In this document: positions 24,539 to 36,942 of the stretch, piece after piece
How positions within the stretch are numbered: position 1 is the first letter of the stretch
Layout: the number at the start of each line of letters is the position of its first letter
Source of the DNA: Callorhinchus milii
Lineage: Eukaryota
Direction: 5' to 3'
Length of the DNA stretch: 64,000 nt
Assembly: GCF_018977255.1 (NCBI RefSeq)
Contig: NW_024704742.1
Location: 99,822,001 to 99,886,000, forward strand
The notes under the pieces: generated by a model
The model's input: only the letters and a program-made list of their open reading frames with translations
Databases searched by the model: none
What the model was told of the DNA's origin: nothing
Program-made: the position numbers and the translations under genes

Positions 24539-25261
24539 AATGTCACTAAATAATAATGTTTTAAAATTCCCTGAGTGTTTCTTCCCTGCACATTTTGCCA
24601 TTTGGTTCTATTCCCATCAGCTGTTCCATGTGCTATTTGCGATTGCTGCATTGTTCCACTTTCACAGCATCGTGAAGCTTCAGAGTTTTCGTTGTGGCAT
24701 TGGTGGTGGATGCATTGAGAACAACTTGCTATGAAACTGATCTCAAATCATGTTTACAGTGGAACTTTGGACCAATGACATTGGAGTGAGTGACTGTCTA
24801 CTTGCTTGAGGTCTGGAGTGATTTAGTATCTGCAACACTGTATAGCACTGCTGAGGGGTTCAATTTACAATAGTTACAAAGGGCTGAGAAGCACTAAATG
24901 GAATTTCCAAAAGTCATCGAAGAGCATGGAAGAGTCAAACACCATCTCCCTCACACGGCCCTCCAGTTCACTCTCAGGCCCCTCCTTGCACCCTCGACAA
25001 TCTCCGACCCTGAGGCAGAGAGCGCAGGCTCAAATTGAAGCTTCCAATCTCTTCTGTCAACGTCACAAAAAAAAGCTCCCAAACTACTCTTTACCAGCTG
25101 ACAGACTGTCCATCTTTCCAAATGCATGTGGATCATAAGATGGCTAAATCTGTTTATAAAACTCATTCCAACAAAAAAAATAAAGAAATCAGTGGGCAAT
25201 TCCTTTTTTTTAATAAAACACTTGTGTGTCTCCAAAACGATTTTGCCTGCAAAACATGTGT

Positions 25262-25588
25262 GGAGTCCTGTAGCTCAGTGGTTAGAGCACTCGCTTTGCA
25301 AGTGAGAGACCTGAGTTCAATTCCAGGCAGGGCGAAACCTTGGGCAAGTTTCCTTACTCCACACAGAGCCTAATAATAATCCCTCCAAAAAAACAAAACA
25401 ATAATAAATTGGTCATTTTCAATCCATGACTGTTTGTGGGACATTGCTGTGCGCAATTGGCTGCCGCGTTCGCCCACAAATATACAGTCAATTCACTTTA
25501 CAGTGTGTCTGTGAAGCGCTTTGGGACGTCCTCCCGACGTGAAAAGCGCTATATCAAATGCAAGGATTATTATTATTATTATTATTAT
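25262..25588 (+). mobile_element. tRNA-Ala(TGC)-derived SINE, young short subfamily, full length
   Basis: A box TAGCTCAGTGG, anticodon arm CTCGC-TTTGCAA-GTGAG, B box GAGTTCAATTCC, tail stem-loop, (TTA)n. Confidence 0.95.
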
Positions 25589-26279
25589 GTAATAGAAGCT
25601 ACAATAGAAGGACGTAATACTTTAATTGAATCATCATTGCACGCCTACACTGTATTTGTTGCGAATATAATGATTACTGAAAGTTTCTTTTTTGTAAGGG
25701 CGATTAATTCAAATTAATTTTCCTTTTAATGTCTTTACCCAGCTGTGTAAGTGTAGCAAAAATCCACGATTTTATTGCCACCCTCCTTGTCCTATTTTAC
25801 TATTTTATCAGAAGTTTCGGATTGTGGAAATGAAAATGAACTAGAAATAGCGGGGGGTGGGAGGCAAGGGGATTGGGGGCGGGCAGGGAAGAGTACCATA
25901 TGTGATGTGATAATTACCACATCAAATTTTCCCACATTTTCCCCCTAGACTGCGATAAAATAACACAGTACATATGTTACCAGACAATTGTCTTGCTCAA
26001 GCGCCACATAGCTAACTACGCAAGTCATCCAAAAATTTGGCAACTAAATCTATTTGCAGGCAACCATGAAAATCATGTGAGGGTGCACAGATGCACTCAT
26101 GTTCTTCAGGCATCTTGAATATAAGCTACCACTCTAACCAGCTTCTCAAATATTGAGGGAATGCGGCAATTTTTACATCTCTGATCACAACATAAATTCT
26201 CTCATTTGCTAAACTCAACCATCAAACTTTGTCTGCAGTGCGATGTTCAGCTGTAATAGGGTTGAATTACTGGTATGTA

Positions 26280-26377
26280 CAGTTAATTCACTTTACAGTA
26301 TATTCTGTGAAGCGCTTTGAGATGTTTCGAAGACGTGATAAGGCGCTATATCAAATGCAAGGATTATTATTATTATT
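26280..26377 (+). mobile_element. SINE 3' fragment
   Basis: AATTCACTTTACAGTATATTCTGTGAAGCGC..GGATTATTATT. Confidence 0.85.
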
Positions 26378-26393
26378 GTGTTGGATATTTGTC

Positions 26394-26640
26394 ATGTTGA
26401 GTGTATCTGAGTGTGCTGGAGATAGATCCCCTGCTGCGCAGTTCTCAATAGGAACATCTGTGAAGCCCGACCCATGACAATTGATTCTGGTTCCCAGTTG
26501 GAGGGATGCTGCATTTTATACTGAACAAAAGAATACTAAATATCCCACTATCCCAGCAGTCAAAAGTAATGATATGTGAAGTGGAGAGTCTGTTTCACCC
26601 ACAAAACATGCAGTATATTTACAGTATATTCTGTGAAGCA
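26394..26640 (+). repeat. Inverted copy of about 23070-23311 (unique 190 bp plus SINE remnant)
   Basis: ATGTTGAGTGTATCTGAGTGTGCTGGAGATAGATCCC is the reverse complement of 23275-23311 (one mismatch); homology runs on into GTTTCACCCACAAAA. Confidence 0.92.
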
Positions 26641-26803
26641 CATTCAGTGTGATAAATGTTGAATGCGTCACTAAAGTGATCACAATATCCACCACAATAG
26701 AGTCTGGCCAGATGAAACAATATGTGGCTTGCCCAGTAAGGCCTCACAATCCCTCTCTATACTAATCATACTTTATTTACTGTATTTTTAGTCAGGTACC
26801 TGT

Positions 26804-26938
26804 GCACTGGGAAGCAATAGGAATTGTTGAGTAGCACTGGGAGGCATTGGGAAAGCATTCAGAATCATTGGGAAACACTGGATAGTACTGAATAGAATTG
26901 GGCAGCTCTGAATAGCAATGGGTAACACTGAGTAACAT
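26804..26938. repeat. Degenerate 10-bp tandem repeat (GCACTGGGAA-like)
   Basis: About 13 units: GCACTGGGAA, GCACTGGGAG, GCATTGGGAA, TCATTGGGAA, ACACTGGATA, etc. Confidence 0.8.
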
Positions 26939-27009
26939 TAAAAAATCCTCAGTCCCTACAGTATTTAGGTTGGTTCAGTTATAAAAGTGCATCAAATGTT
27001 CATACAAAG

Positions 27010-27111
27010 TATACGGCCAATTCACTTTAAAGTATGTTCTGTGAAGCGCTTTGAGACGTCTCGAAGACGTGATAAGGCATTATATGAAATGGAAGGATTA
27101 TTATTATTATT
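27010..27111 (+). mobile_element. SINE 3' fragment
   Basis: GAAGCGCTTTGAGACGTCTCGAAGACGTGATAAGG and (TTA)n. Confidence 0.85.
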
Positions 27112-29582
27112 GCTCTGATGGTAAGCAGCACACATGGTGTATTGCACACATTATATTGCAATAGGGAATGAGCCTTACAGAGTTACTTGTAGATAGTCCT
27201 GGTGATCAGTTTTATTGCCTGGTATAAGTGTCTGGGTTGCAGATTGCAGTCGTATCAGTATGTCTGTCAATGCATGCCACAGCTCTACGAGCTGTCACAG
27301 TAAGGAGGGCAGGCATGTGTAATTGTCAGTGGTGGTCACACCATGTAGGGGTTGTTGCCAGTTAGATGCTGTCAGTGGGTAAGGAATGGGGACCAGATAG
27401 CAGACTCCTGACTTAGTCTCAGTGAGTACACGATCCTCTTGGATGGGTCACGTTCCATAGCTGCTTAACCTACATGGAGCGGATAATATCCACCTGACAC
27501 CACCTCAGTGCCATACACCATCGAGCTAAGGAAAAGAAACCCAGCACTTGGGACCAATGGGTCTGTATGAGAAAGATTAGGAAGCAATGCAATGTGACAG
27601 ATTGTGTTATTTTATTTAAGTTATTTGTTAAAGAATGCTTCATGGCTGTTGGTGGGATATTGATGTGCCCACATTAGCTGCTGTGTTTGCCCACACAGTC
27701 TTTACACTTTACAGTAAAACTAGTGACGTGCTTTGAGACATCTTCCCAACATGAAATGTCACTATATCAAAAGTAGGAATTATTGTTATTATTAATATTT
27801 ACAGAGAGTTACATTTTTCAAAGCCTCAAACAAAATACCCATTGTAAATTAGTTTGAAGCAGGACAATAAATTAGTCTTTGATTTGAAGAGAACTTATAC
27901 AAATACTGCATTAGTTTTACTAACATGGAAAATGTAAGCCCTGTGTATTATATCAAGAGGTCATGATGATACATCATATTATAATGAATGACAATAGTGT
28001 GGTATATGGCGTGATGTGGTTATGTCTGAACAGAAGATTATTATAACGTTATAAAATGCACTGATTATTGATACTTTAACAGTGTTTCTGGTTTTAATAT
28101 CATAGCTTTAAGGGTTCATTAATAATGCATTATATTTAACAACTGAAATGTCTATTTAAATATCATGTTTTAAAATGATTTACCCAATAAAATGATTCTG
28201 CTGTATATGCATACTATTCTCCTGTTTTCCCAACTGCCCAACTGTTAACAGTCTTTTGTAACAAGTTCTCTGCTGCTATTGCATTCAGAAAAGGCCTCGA
28301 TTATTCCCTGTCAATTTAAACAAATTACTTTGCAAGGAGAAGAGGGAGGTCGAAAAAAGGAGAGACTGGCAGGGTGAAAAATAATATGTCACAGAAGATA
28401 GCCAAGAAAGAAAGAACAGAAATAACAGTAACAAACTATGTTGGAATCAGCCATCTGAATTTGCTTTAGGGGAAGGGAAAATAGGAGAGAAAAATTGTAA
28501 AGATATTTTGACAGATAAAGTTCAGGTTGAGTTAAAATGAACATAGATACGATGCTGAGGCTGGAAAAGCACTTGAACAGGTAAACCATTCATGGTGTGA
28601 TTGCTGGAGAAAGGGTATTATGTAAAATGCATCTCGTGCAGGGATCCCTTTATATTTCACATTAACCTGTGAGAACTCTGGTCCATAATGATGTAGGGTC
28701 AAAATCAAAGTCTTGTGAGTTGCTGAGACTTACACTGGGATCCCTGGACAATATGCACTTTACATCTCGAAGCTTCTTTTCCAGAGCTCCCACCATTCAT
28801 GCTGTTGTTTTCCCATTTGAGCGCTTTCTCAAACCAAATGTTTCACTGAACAGAATTTGCACTGAGCCACCATGCTCCAGTCAGGAAAGATATGGAAATA
28901 ATTCACATAGACCTAGAATGTCCTAAGTTCGATCTGCTCAATGGACTCTAGCCTGCTCCATGGCCTGGTCTGGCCCTCCGCATTATTGGCGGTCGGGACT
29001 TCAGCCTCTCTACCCCCAGCCTTTTGAACTCCATCCCACAGTTCCTTCACCTCACTCCCTCCCAGGCCCTCTTCCACCATGCCTTCGGGAACTTTCCTAC
29101 CTCTACTCTCCCTGATCTCCAACTTCCATGATCCCATCCACCAACTCGGGTGCAAATCTTTGACTGTACTGCGCCTTGTGACATCCTCCCGATGTTGTTA
29201 ATCGCAGCACTATGGTGGGTTAGTTGATCACGTAGGGATGATGTCATTGGAGTTAGTATGCTATGGTTAGGCTTCTTACATTCAGTGCCCTGCAAGAAAG
29301 TATGAGTGTTTAAATAGTGAATGAGGACATGATTGAGCTGGGCTGCACTGCCTCCATGGTCACATAGAATGGCAACCTCTGCTGAACAATAGGTATGGGG
29401 CAAGATAGCAAAGGGATAGTATCTGTTGAGCCACTGAGGCTATTGGAGGTTTTACCAGCGGAAGGGCCAACAGTGGAGGGGAATAAAATGTTCCAGTTCA
29501 TTGACTTAACCTGTGTTTGAGAGAGAATAATTGTACTGAAGGTAATTAAAAAAAACACAGTCCCTAGATTGAGTCTCACTAC

Positions 29583-29807
29583 TGGGGAGAAATTCCACCT
29601 GGGTCTAGTTTTGCTCTTAGAGCATCAAGGATTTGGCAAATTGTTGAATTCAGTTTTAACCTTGAAGTATTTTTTTCTATAGTTCTTAAAATAACTCACA
29701 GAAAACAGGCTTCAAATTTAAGACTGTGTTTAACAATTTGACTTTTTGGACATTCTAAAATGTTGCATAACTAGAGCAAATCTAGACTCAGGTGAAATTT
29801 CTCCCTA
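29583..29807. mobile_element. Palindromic MITE-like element
   Basis: About 34-bp TIR GGGAGAAATTCCACCTGGGTCTAGTTTTGCTCT / AGAGCAAATCTAGACTCAGGTGAAATTTCTCCC plus an inner inverted pair. Confidence 0.8.
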
Positions 29808-31199
29808 CCCATACGCTGTCTTATTTATATATAAGAGTGTTCAATTTCAAACAAATTACAGGAAGGGAGAAGAACTGTGTTGACCTTGTGCACACCTATG
29901 TTTTGTGATTTTTTTTGATGCTGAAAGCCTACATATGTTAGGCATGTGTCTTTTCTCTGTTGTATCAGTGTGTACCTTTAATGACCCTGACAAGTCTGAA
30001 CATATGTTTGGAGAGAGAAGGGAAAGGGGGAGGGACTGGGTAAAGGTCTAAACACAATATATTAATTCTAAACCCAGTGTGCACAGCCATTACAAAATAA
30101 AGTACATCTAAAAGTCCTGTGGCTGATTTTTCTTCTTCTTCTACATTCTCAGCGAAGTTGCTGAGTGCTTATTTACAGCTACCCCATTAATTTTCAAGAC
30201 GTTCAGACGGATTGATTTCCTTTTCACTCACAGCATCCAAAAATGGGAGAAACATGAGATTGTGTGTTGAGTAGAGCTGGCTGTATCTTGGGGTTTGGCA
30301 CACTGCCCTACCCAAGCAATGCAACCTCTTCTTCTGGTCTGACTAAACCACCACTGTCTGCAACGCTGTCAGAGGGAATAGAGATAAATAGCAAGGGTGA
30401 ATTAAGTGAGGAAACACCCTTTCTTTGAGGAAGAAACTGGCTGCTGTAAATTCTCAACAGCCGCCACCATGATTTATACTGATTACACAGCAAATGGCTT
30501 TTATCGACGCTAATAGACCACAAAGAAATTTTTCAGTGCGTTTTAATAAAAGAGTGATTTATTGGCTTAGAATTGCTCGCACCATTCCTAAAATTACATG
30601 GCATCAACAAAAACATGGCAAGGAAAGCAGGAAAAATGACTGATTCAGGAGAATTTGCTCTTGAAGCTAGAGCTTTACTGATACCATTTTGACCCTCTCC
30701 CCTTTCTAAAAAAAAACCTCTTTGATGTACAGCTATTTGTATTAGTGGGTTTCCATAGTTCAGTCATCTTCATTTGCCAAGAACGATGAACCATCAGGAT
30801 GGATTAGCCACACAGTTGTACTCCCCTGCATTGAGAGTTAAGGAGTTACTGTGTGGTGTTTAAATTGGCATTGCTCACTTTCTTCTGAGCATCACCATGG
30901 TTTAAAGTGGAAATGCAATGCAACCCCCACCTCCCACCCCGTCAATTTGGATTTATTTTGCAAAACTGTGCTTTTGTACATAAGCCACCACATTTGAATG
31001 TTAATGTTAACCAGCACAAACACAAATATTTTGCAGGTAATAAGTCACGTGGTGAAAAGATCTCAAGCTCGTTGCAATGTATTTGGTGCCATTCTGCCCT
31101 CTGATCCTGTGTCAGTGCACTCTGAAGGCAGATTGGAGGATGCATGCCCAACACAACTGTCAGGCAGGCTTGTCTGCATTTCATGTTGTTGTAATGATA

Positions 31200-31430
31200 A
31201 TAATGGTAAAACTTGCATTTAGTTTAGGGCATTATCATGCCATCTAAACATATGAATGTCCAGGAATTACTCTTGAATGTAGTGACCGCATTTTGTAGCC
31301 ATGCAATTTGCTCACAGCAATGTCCCATGAACATCCATGCAGTGAATGACCAATTCTATTTGGGGGATTGTTGGTCAGATTACCAGCAGAAACTTCCTTC
31401 TCTTTTCACATAGTGACATTGCATCTTTAA
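31200..31430 (-). mobile_element. Old DeuSINE 3' part
   Basis: Antisense AATTTGCTCACAGCAATGTCCCA..GTGAATGACCAAT..TTGTTGGTCAG. Confidence 0.65.
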
Positions 31431-32714
31431 CAAGAAATGACAAACCACAGAGATCTTGCCATGTGCAGATTTAATTTTTTTGCCGAATGCCAGTAATTTC
31501 AGAACATCCTGCAATTACACATTTTGCTGTAAAAGGCAACGGCGGGGTTTCTGAAGAGGAATTGTGTTTTATTCTGTACCTGGTGTCAGGTCTTCTTTAT
31601 CGATTTTGTTTTCCTGGTAATGATGCGGATGCTGACACCTGACCTTTCATTCTGACAAAATGAAATGCTACACACAGCCTGTGTACCTTGACAGAAGATT
31701 TTCTTTGAAACATCAGTACTGTTCTCAGTCGGTGCAATCTATATGCCATCATTTGCAGTCTGGTGGCTGTGTACGGTTTTAAACAGGTTTATTTTACTGC
31801 TTTGAAAATATTCTAAAGTGATTCCCTAAGAGGGAAAATAAATCAAACTGTATTGCTACATAGTAGACACATTCTATTAAATGGAATACCGTACCCATGA
31901 ACGCATTTAAGACAAAGGCTACATGTCAATTTTGTTTTAGGCATTTTTATGTAAAGTGTGTGTTGTGTATTTTTATGTTATGTGTGTCAATCATTTCACT
32001 TTATTAGCTTCCCTGGCTCTGTGGAGAACTGCATCATTTGGTCATAGAATATCCCAAGTGCAATTCTCAGTCCACGCCAAGTTAATTGACTTTATTTTGA
32101 CTTTAAGGGAGGAGAGAAATCAACAAAAACAACAACTATTTACATGGCGATTTTTAATTTGGGAAGACATTTCTAAGTGCTTCACACAGCTGAGTCAGAG
32201 TGAGGAGGGGGGTTGGGCAGAGAGAAAGAGAGATGGGTTGGGGGGAGCTGAGAGGGATGTAGATGAATGCGTCTGAGAGGGCACGCACGTTTGGATACCA
32301 ATGGTCCACTTGCTGACAGCTAGCAAGACTATTTTGATTAATTTTAAAATCAGGCAGAACTGTGGAGAAATGTTAAATCCAGTTGTAATTTAAAAGCCGA
32401 TTTTCCACTGTCCTTAAATAGAATTGGCTTCCAAATTAAGATTGAATTGAAAATTGGATTTTTATACTATTCCGTGGGCTAAAATGGTCTTACAGGCCAA
32501 GTCTTGTTGTAATTTTGGGCCTCGGGTGACATTTTCAAAGTAGTTCATGTAACTGACACTCGGTGCCTGGGTGGGTGGGGTAGGTGGGAATAAAGAGAAA
32601 GAGAGAGTGGGGTGGTGGGGTGGAGGGGAGGGGTAGAGGGTTGAGAGCTGGGGGGAGAATAGCTTATTCTCCCAACATGAAAGGCGCTATATAAATGCAA
32701 TTTGTTGTTGTTGT

Positions 32715-32860
32715 AGCCTCCATGTTGAAACAGGCTGCTGATTGAATGCTCACGTACCTGGCTCACACATGAAGAATGGTTATTTGGACGAGGTGTGGAG
32801 CCCGGGATTCTTACTCCAGCAAGAGTCAGAGTCCTTGGCAGAAAAGTGGGAAGGAAAATT
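32715..32860 (+). mobile_element. AmnSINE2-like 3' part, preceded by an L2 tail
   Basis: GGCTCACACATGAAGAATGG..CCAGCAAGAGTCAG..GAAAATTG. Confidence 0.6.
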
Positions 32861-33875
32861 GTCAAAGCTCTTTGCATCAATGCACAGAAATAGTTCATCC
32901 TGAAGCAGAAAGAATGGCCTTAACCTTTTGTGCAATTCCAAATAAAGCACTGAAGGCTACAGCTTGAGGGTGTGCAGAATCCTTCCCTAAGTGCCTTTCA
33001 CTTCACAAAATAAATCTATGCCTTTCTTCACTAAAGCATCTCTGTGTGAATCTGTCTGAACCCTTCTTTCACTCGAGCTGTTTTTTTCTCTCCCCAAATC
33101 CAAATCCACATCTTATGAATTTGAGCAGCAGGGGCTGTATGTGTGTGTGTGTTTGGCGGCGGGGGGGGAGGCAGGGGGAATAGAGCGTAGGTCACAGGAA
33201 GGAATTTTCATTATGACTTGACAACCACCAGTGAAGTTCTGAAACTCTCATAAGACCAACTCTTTCAAATAAAGCTTCTGCAGTGACAGGGGCTGTTGAG
33301 GGGTTGGTAAGTGATGGGGGGTGGGATGGGGCGAAGGGTTCGAGTCTAAGTCTCTCACAGCTGACCCCTAGCAGGCCAGACCTGGCTATTCCTGTCCGTC
33401 ACACTGCAACAATGACCTTTATCGCCACAGAGCATTGGGTTACAAGGTGGTGAGAAGATAAATCCTGCTCTAAAAACACAATTGACTCCGGCTGCCTGGT
33501 TGCTCACTGCCTGCAGACCTATCAGGAGACTCCGCAGCTCACAAAATTGGGCATTGCACAATCATAGGTAACGACTGTCTTTCCCATTAAAAGCACGAGC
33601 TGCATCAGCCACAGGTAAATCAATCCAAAATAGAGGTCATGCAAAATTAATGATGCAGCCCATTTGCTTTCTGCATGTATCACGATCACATTTTAAGAAC
33701 ACGCACCAGCTGAATGAAACTACGGAAAGCACTGATTTCATCCTGTTTCTTTGTGTGATCAAAATCGCTCCTGACAGTAACATTGCAGCTGAACTGCAGC
33801 CTCTGTAAAATCAGAGACCTTGTTTTCTCAGGTTATATTATTACTTATTGATTTTGTGGGAAATAAGATTAAACA

Positions 33876-34315
33876 TGTCAGCCTGGCTCAATCAGTGACA
33901 GTCTTGCCTCTGGGTCAGAAGGTTGTGGGTTCAAATCCCATGTGAGGACTTTGAACTCACAGTCGAGCTGACACTTCAATACAGTACTGGAGGTGTGCTG
34001 CACTGTCAGAGTTGCTGTCCTTTTGATGAGTCATTAAACCCAGGTCCTGTCTGCATAGTCAGGTGGGCATTAAAGATCCTGTGGTACTATTCGAAAAGAT
34101 AAGGGAGTTTCTCCCGGTGTCCTGTCCAACAATTCCCAAGACAAAATTGTCCATTCACTTCATGACTGTCTGTGGGATATTGCTGTGTACAAATTAGCTG
34201 TTGTATTTGTCTAAAAAATATACAGTCATTACACTACACAAGTGACTCCTGTTGAGCACTTTTAGATGTCCTTGTGACATGAAAGGCACAGTACAAAATG
34301 TAAGAATTACTATTA
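33876..34315 (+). mobile_element. Old full-length DeuSINE (SacSINE1/LmeSINE1-like)
   Basis: TGTCAGCCTGGCTCA head, GGTTCAAATCCC B box, Deu-like core, L2-type tail. Confidence 0.8.
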
Positions 34316-36771
34316 TAAATGAGCTGTTAAAGTCTACGTTCTTCTATCACCTTTAGGAACAGCTTCCATTTTTATTTTGGGTGGAAAAAATATTCAATCC
34401 GAGTAATGTAATTATTTACGTCAGTTTTGTATATTTTACAAATCAAATTGTGGTGAGATTTTGATAATGCTCATAGAACACACATGGTGCTCAACAATTT
34501 TTTTTATATAGCTAAATAAACCCAATAATAAATAGGATATGCAAAGTTATTCACTCTGCTGTGTTAACTGTTGAGCTTGTGCAGTCCTGAAATTGTCAGA
34601 ATATACTACATTTCTTTGCCTTTGCAAAATGAATAAGGACACGAATACTGTATGGTATTCTGTCCCAAATCCATCCAGAATTGCACAGTATTTGAAGCCC
34701 CTTTTCAGGATGGGCCTGATTTTTCTGGTTATGCGAGAGCGACCCTAGTGGATGTGAAAAGCATTACATAGCGGAAGACTGGAGGCACTTATTTGTCCAT
34801 TAGCTTTCCATGAAGTTCCCCCCCCACCCTTCCCCGCATTGGAGTGGGTTTTCCCTCTTTCACACAAGACTGGAGCTGTGCTTTTTGCACAGTCTCCATT
34901 GTAATGGTAAGGAAAAGCTAATCAAAACAGCACAAATTATTTTCCTGGTAAACAGTGCCATTAGAGATGGGTGGATAAGACAGACAGCTTTGAAACTCAT
35001 TAACAGGATGGCACGGTTCCAAAAAGAGAAGAGCAATTTAAATAATACAGTACATTTCAAGTCATTTTCTTCCTGTGAAATATAAAGCCTATTGCGAGAC
35101 TCCAATTCAGGAAACAGGGCTTTTTTTTCCATGTGCTTTTCCATTCTTTTCATTTTAAATAGCAAAAGGGTGAGATATCGCTGAACAGAGGCCAGAGGAA
35201 AATGACAGATGCTTTTCAGGCTCTTAACAAATACTATTCTTACAAGCTGCCTATATCAGCCTAAGGCAAAGTAGGGAGAGAGGATTAGACTCTGTTGTTT
35301 TCTCATTTAAACCTCACCACTGAGGCGTAGTAGACAGCTGAGCTGTTGAAAGATAAGGAACACACAGATTGTAGAAGGCATTAGGGAGCTGTAGGAAAGC
35401 AGAAACATTTGAGTTTTCTTGTTGCAATAAAATGAGTTTTCAGAATTGTCAGAGATTATGGACTTTGCAATCCTGGTCCTCCTAATTAAGTCTCGGCATT
35501 ACTCTCTTCACTATGTTTGAGTAGGAGAGAAGGTCAAAGGTAGCTAAGGGATTTAATGAAGCAGTTATTATTCAGGGATAAAAAAAGGAGAAAAACTTTT
35601 AATGAAAGGACATGTGTTGAAATATTTTAATTACATAATGCAAGGAGCAGGACAAAGATTACACTACGTCCTGTGCTGACATGGCTTTCCAGTGCTTAAT
35701 TGTCTTGTACCATTTTCCTGCTTAACAAAAGATGGTGCCTTTTCGCAGATATGCATCAGCTGCATTTGGCATTACAAGAAAAACCCTGCAGAATATCTGT
35801 CTCCACAAACCACAAGCTTTCTGTCAAATTCCATGATTTTCTTTTTTTACACAAAGCTGTCACATAATGCAATAGATCCTTATGTGTTAAGTGTTGGATT
35901 TTTTTAAAAAGAAAATCTCATTTTCTTTATAAAACAAAGGGCCCCCTTGCTGTAGATTTCAAAGTATCTAGTGTAAAATTACCAAATGCACTCGCAAAGT
36001 AGACAGAATGAGATTTTTATTAATATAAATAATTTGATGTTTGAGTAGATTCTAACAATTTATTTGCATTTGAATGTGGTGCCTTATCATGTCATCAAAA
36101 TATCTCAAAGAGCTTCAGGTCATTTACTGCAAAGTGTAGAGATTGTGTATTTATAGGAGAACAGCCAATTTGCCCACAGCAATGTCCCTCACTGCACATA
36201 GCCTTATAAAATAATGAGGTAATCCTTGCAAAGGATGGTTGATAAATTGAGGTTTTATTTTCACGGTGTTTTATGTAGCAAAAGAGCAAAAGGAGATTTT
36301 TTTAAAAGAAGGCTGCAGCATATTAAAAAGGACAATGTAGAGACTTGAAATTTAAGAGTGGTTAAACACTGTGAAGTTTGTGATGATAATCAAAAGAGAT
36401 AATGCCTTTTTAACAGGAAGGGCATTCAAAGCACAAACAATCTCCTGCTAGGAGCTACTTATTATCATTCCAGCTGTCACCCTTTCTCTCCCTCTCCCGT
36501 CCTTCTGCCTATAAATGAACTTCTTTACGGTTGCATTGTGGATGGGAGGAGAGACAAACTTACATTTCTCTTTTTACCTGGTGTGTCAATGCAGATTGCC
36601 TCGGTGGCCATTCTGACTGTGTTTTGTCTTTTTTTTAAAAATCAAAATAAACAATCAACAAGATACAATGATAATACTCCTTGTATTTGACTTACAAAAT
36701 TCCAGTGTTATGTGCAATCCTAAGTGTCTTTGTGATGAACGCAGCTACCGATTTGTACACAAACATAATAT

Positions 36772-36942
36772 TGGGGTTGATTTTGCAATATTTTTACTGA
36801 TTTCTGAATTATGAAATCCAGAAGCCTGTATTGATCACAGAAACTTGAGTTAATCTGATTGATCAATTGAGTTAATCTGGTTTACTCTGGCAGACATCAC
36901 AATTTGGATTTCTTATTAAGAAATACTGCAAAATTGACCCCA
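36772..36942. mobile_element. Palindromic MITE-like element
   Basis: 22-bp TIR TGGGGTTGATTTTGCAATATTT / AAATACTGCAAAATTGACCCCA. Confidence 0.75.

Noticed and set aside
24870..25060. GC-richer stretch with minus-frame peptide GDCRGCKEGPESELEGRVREMVFDSSMLFDDFWK
   Set aside because: No recognisable domain, runs into a stop, and no other exons found
25262..25335. tRNA-Ala(TGC)-like sequence
   Set aside because: No proper acceptor stem or terminator; it continues into the SINE body in every copy
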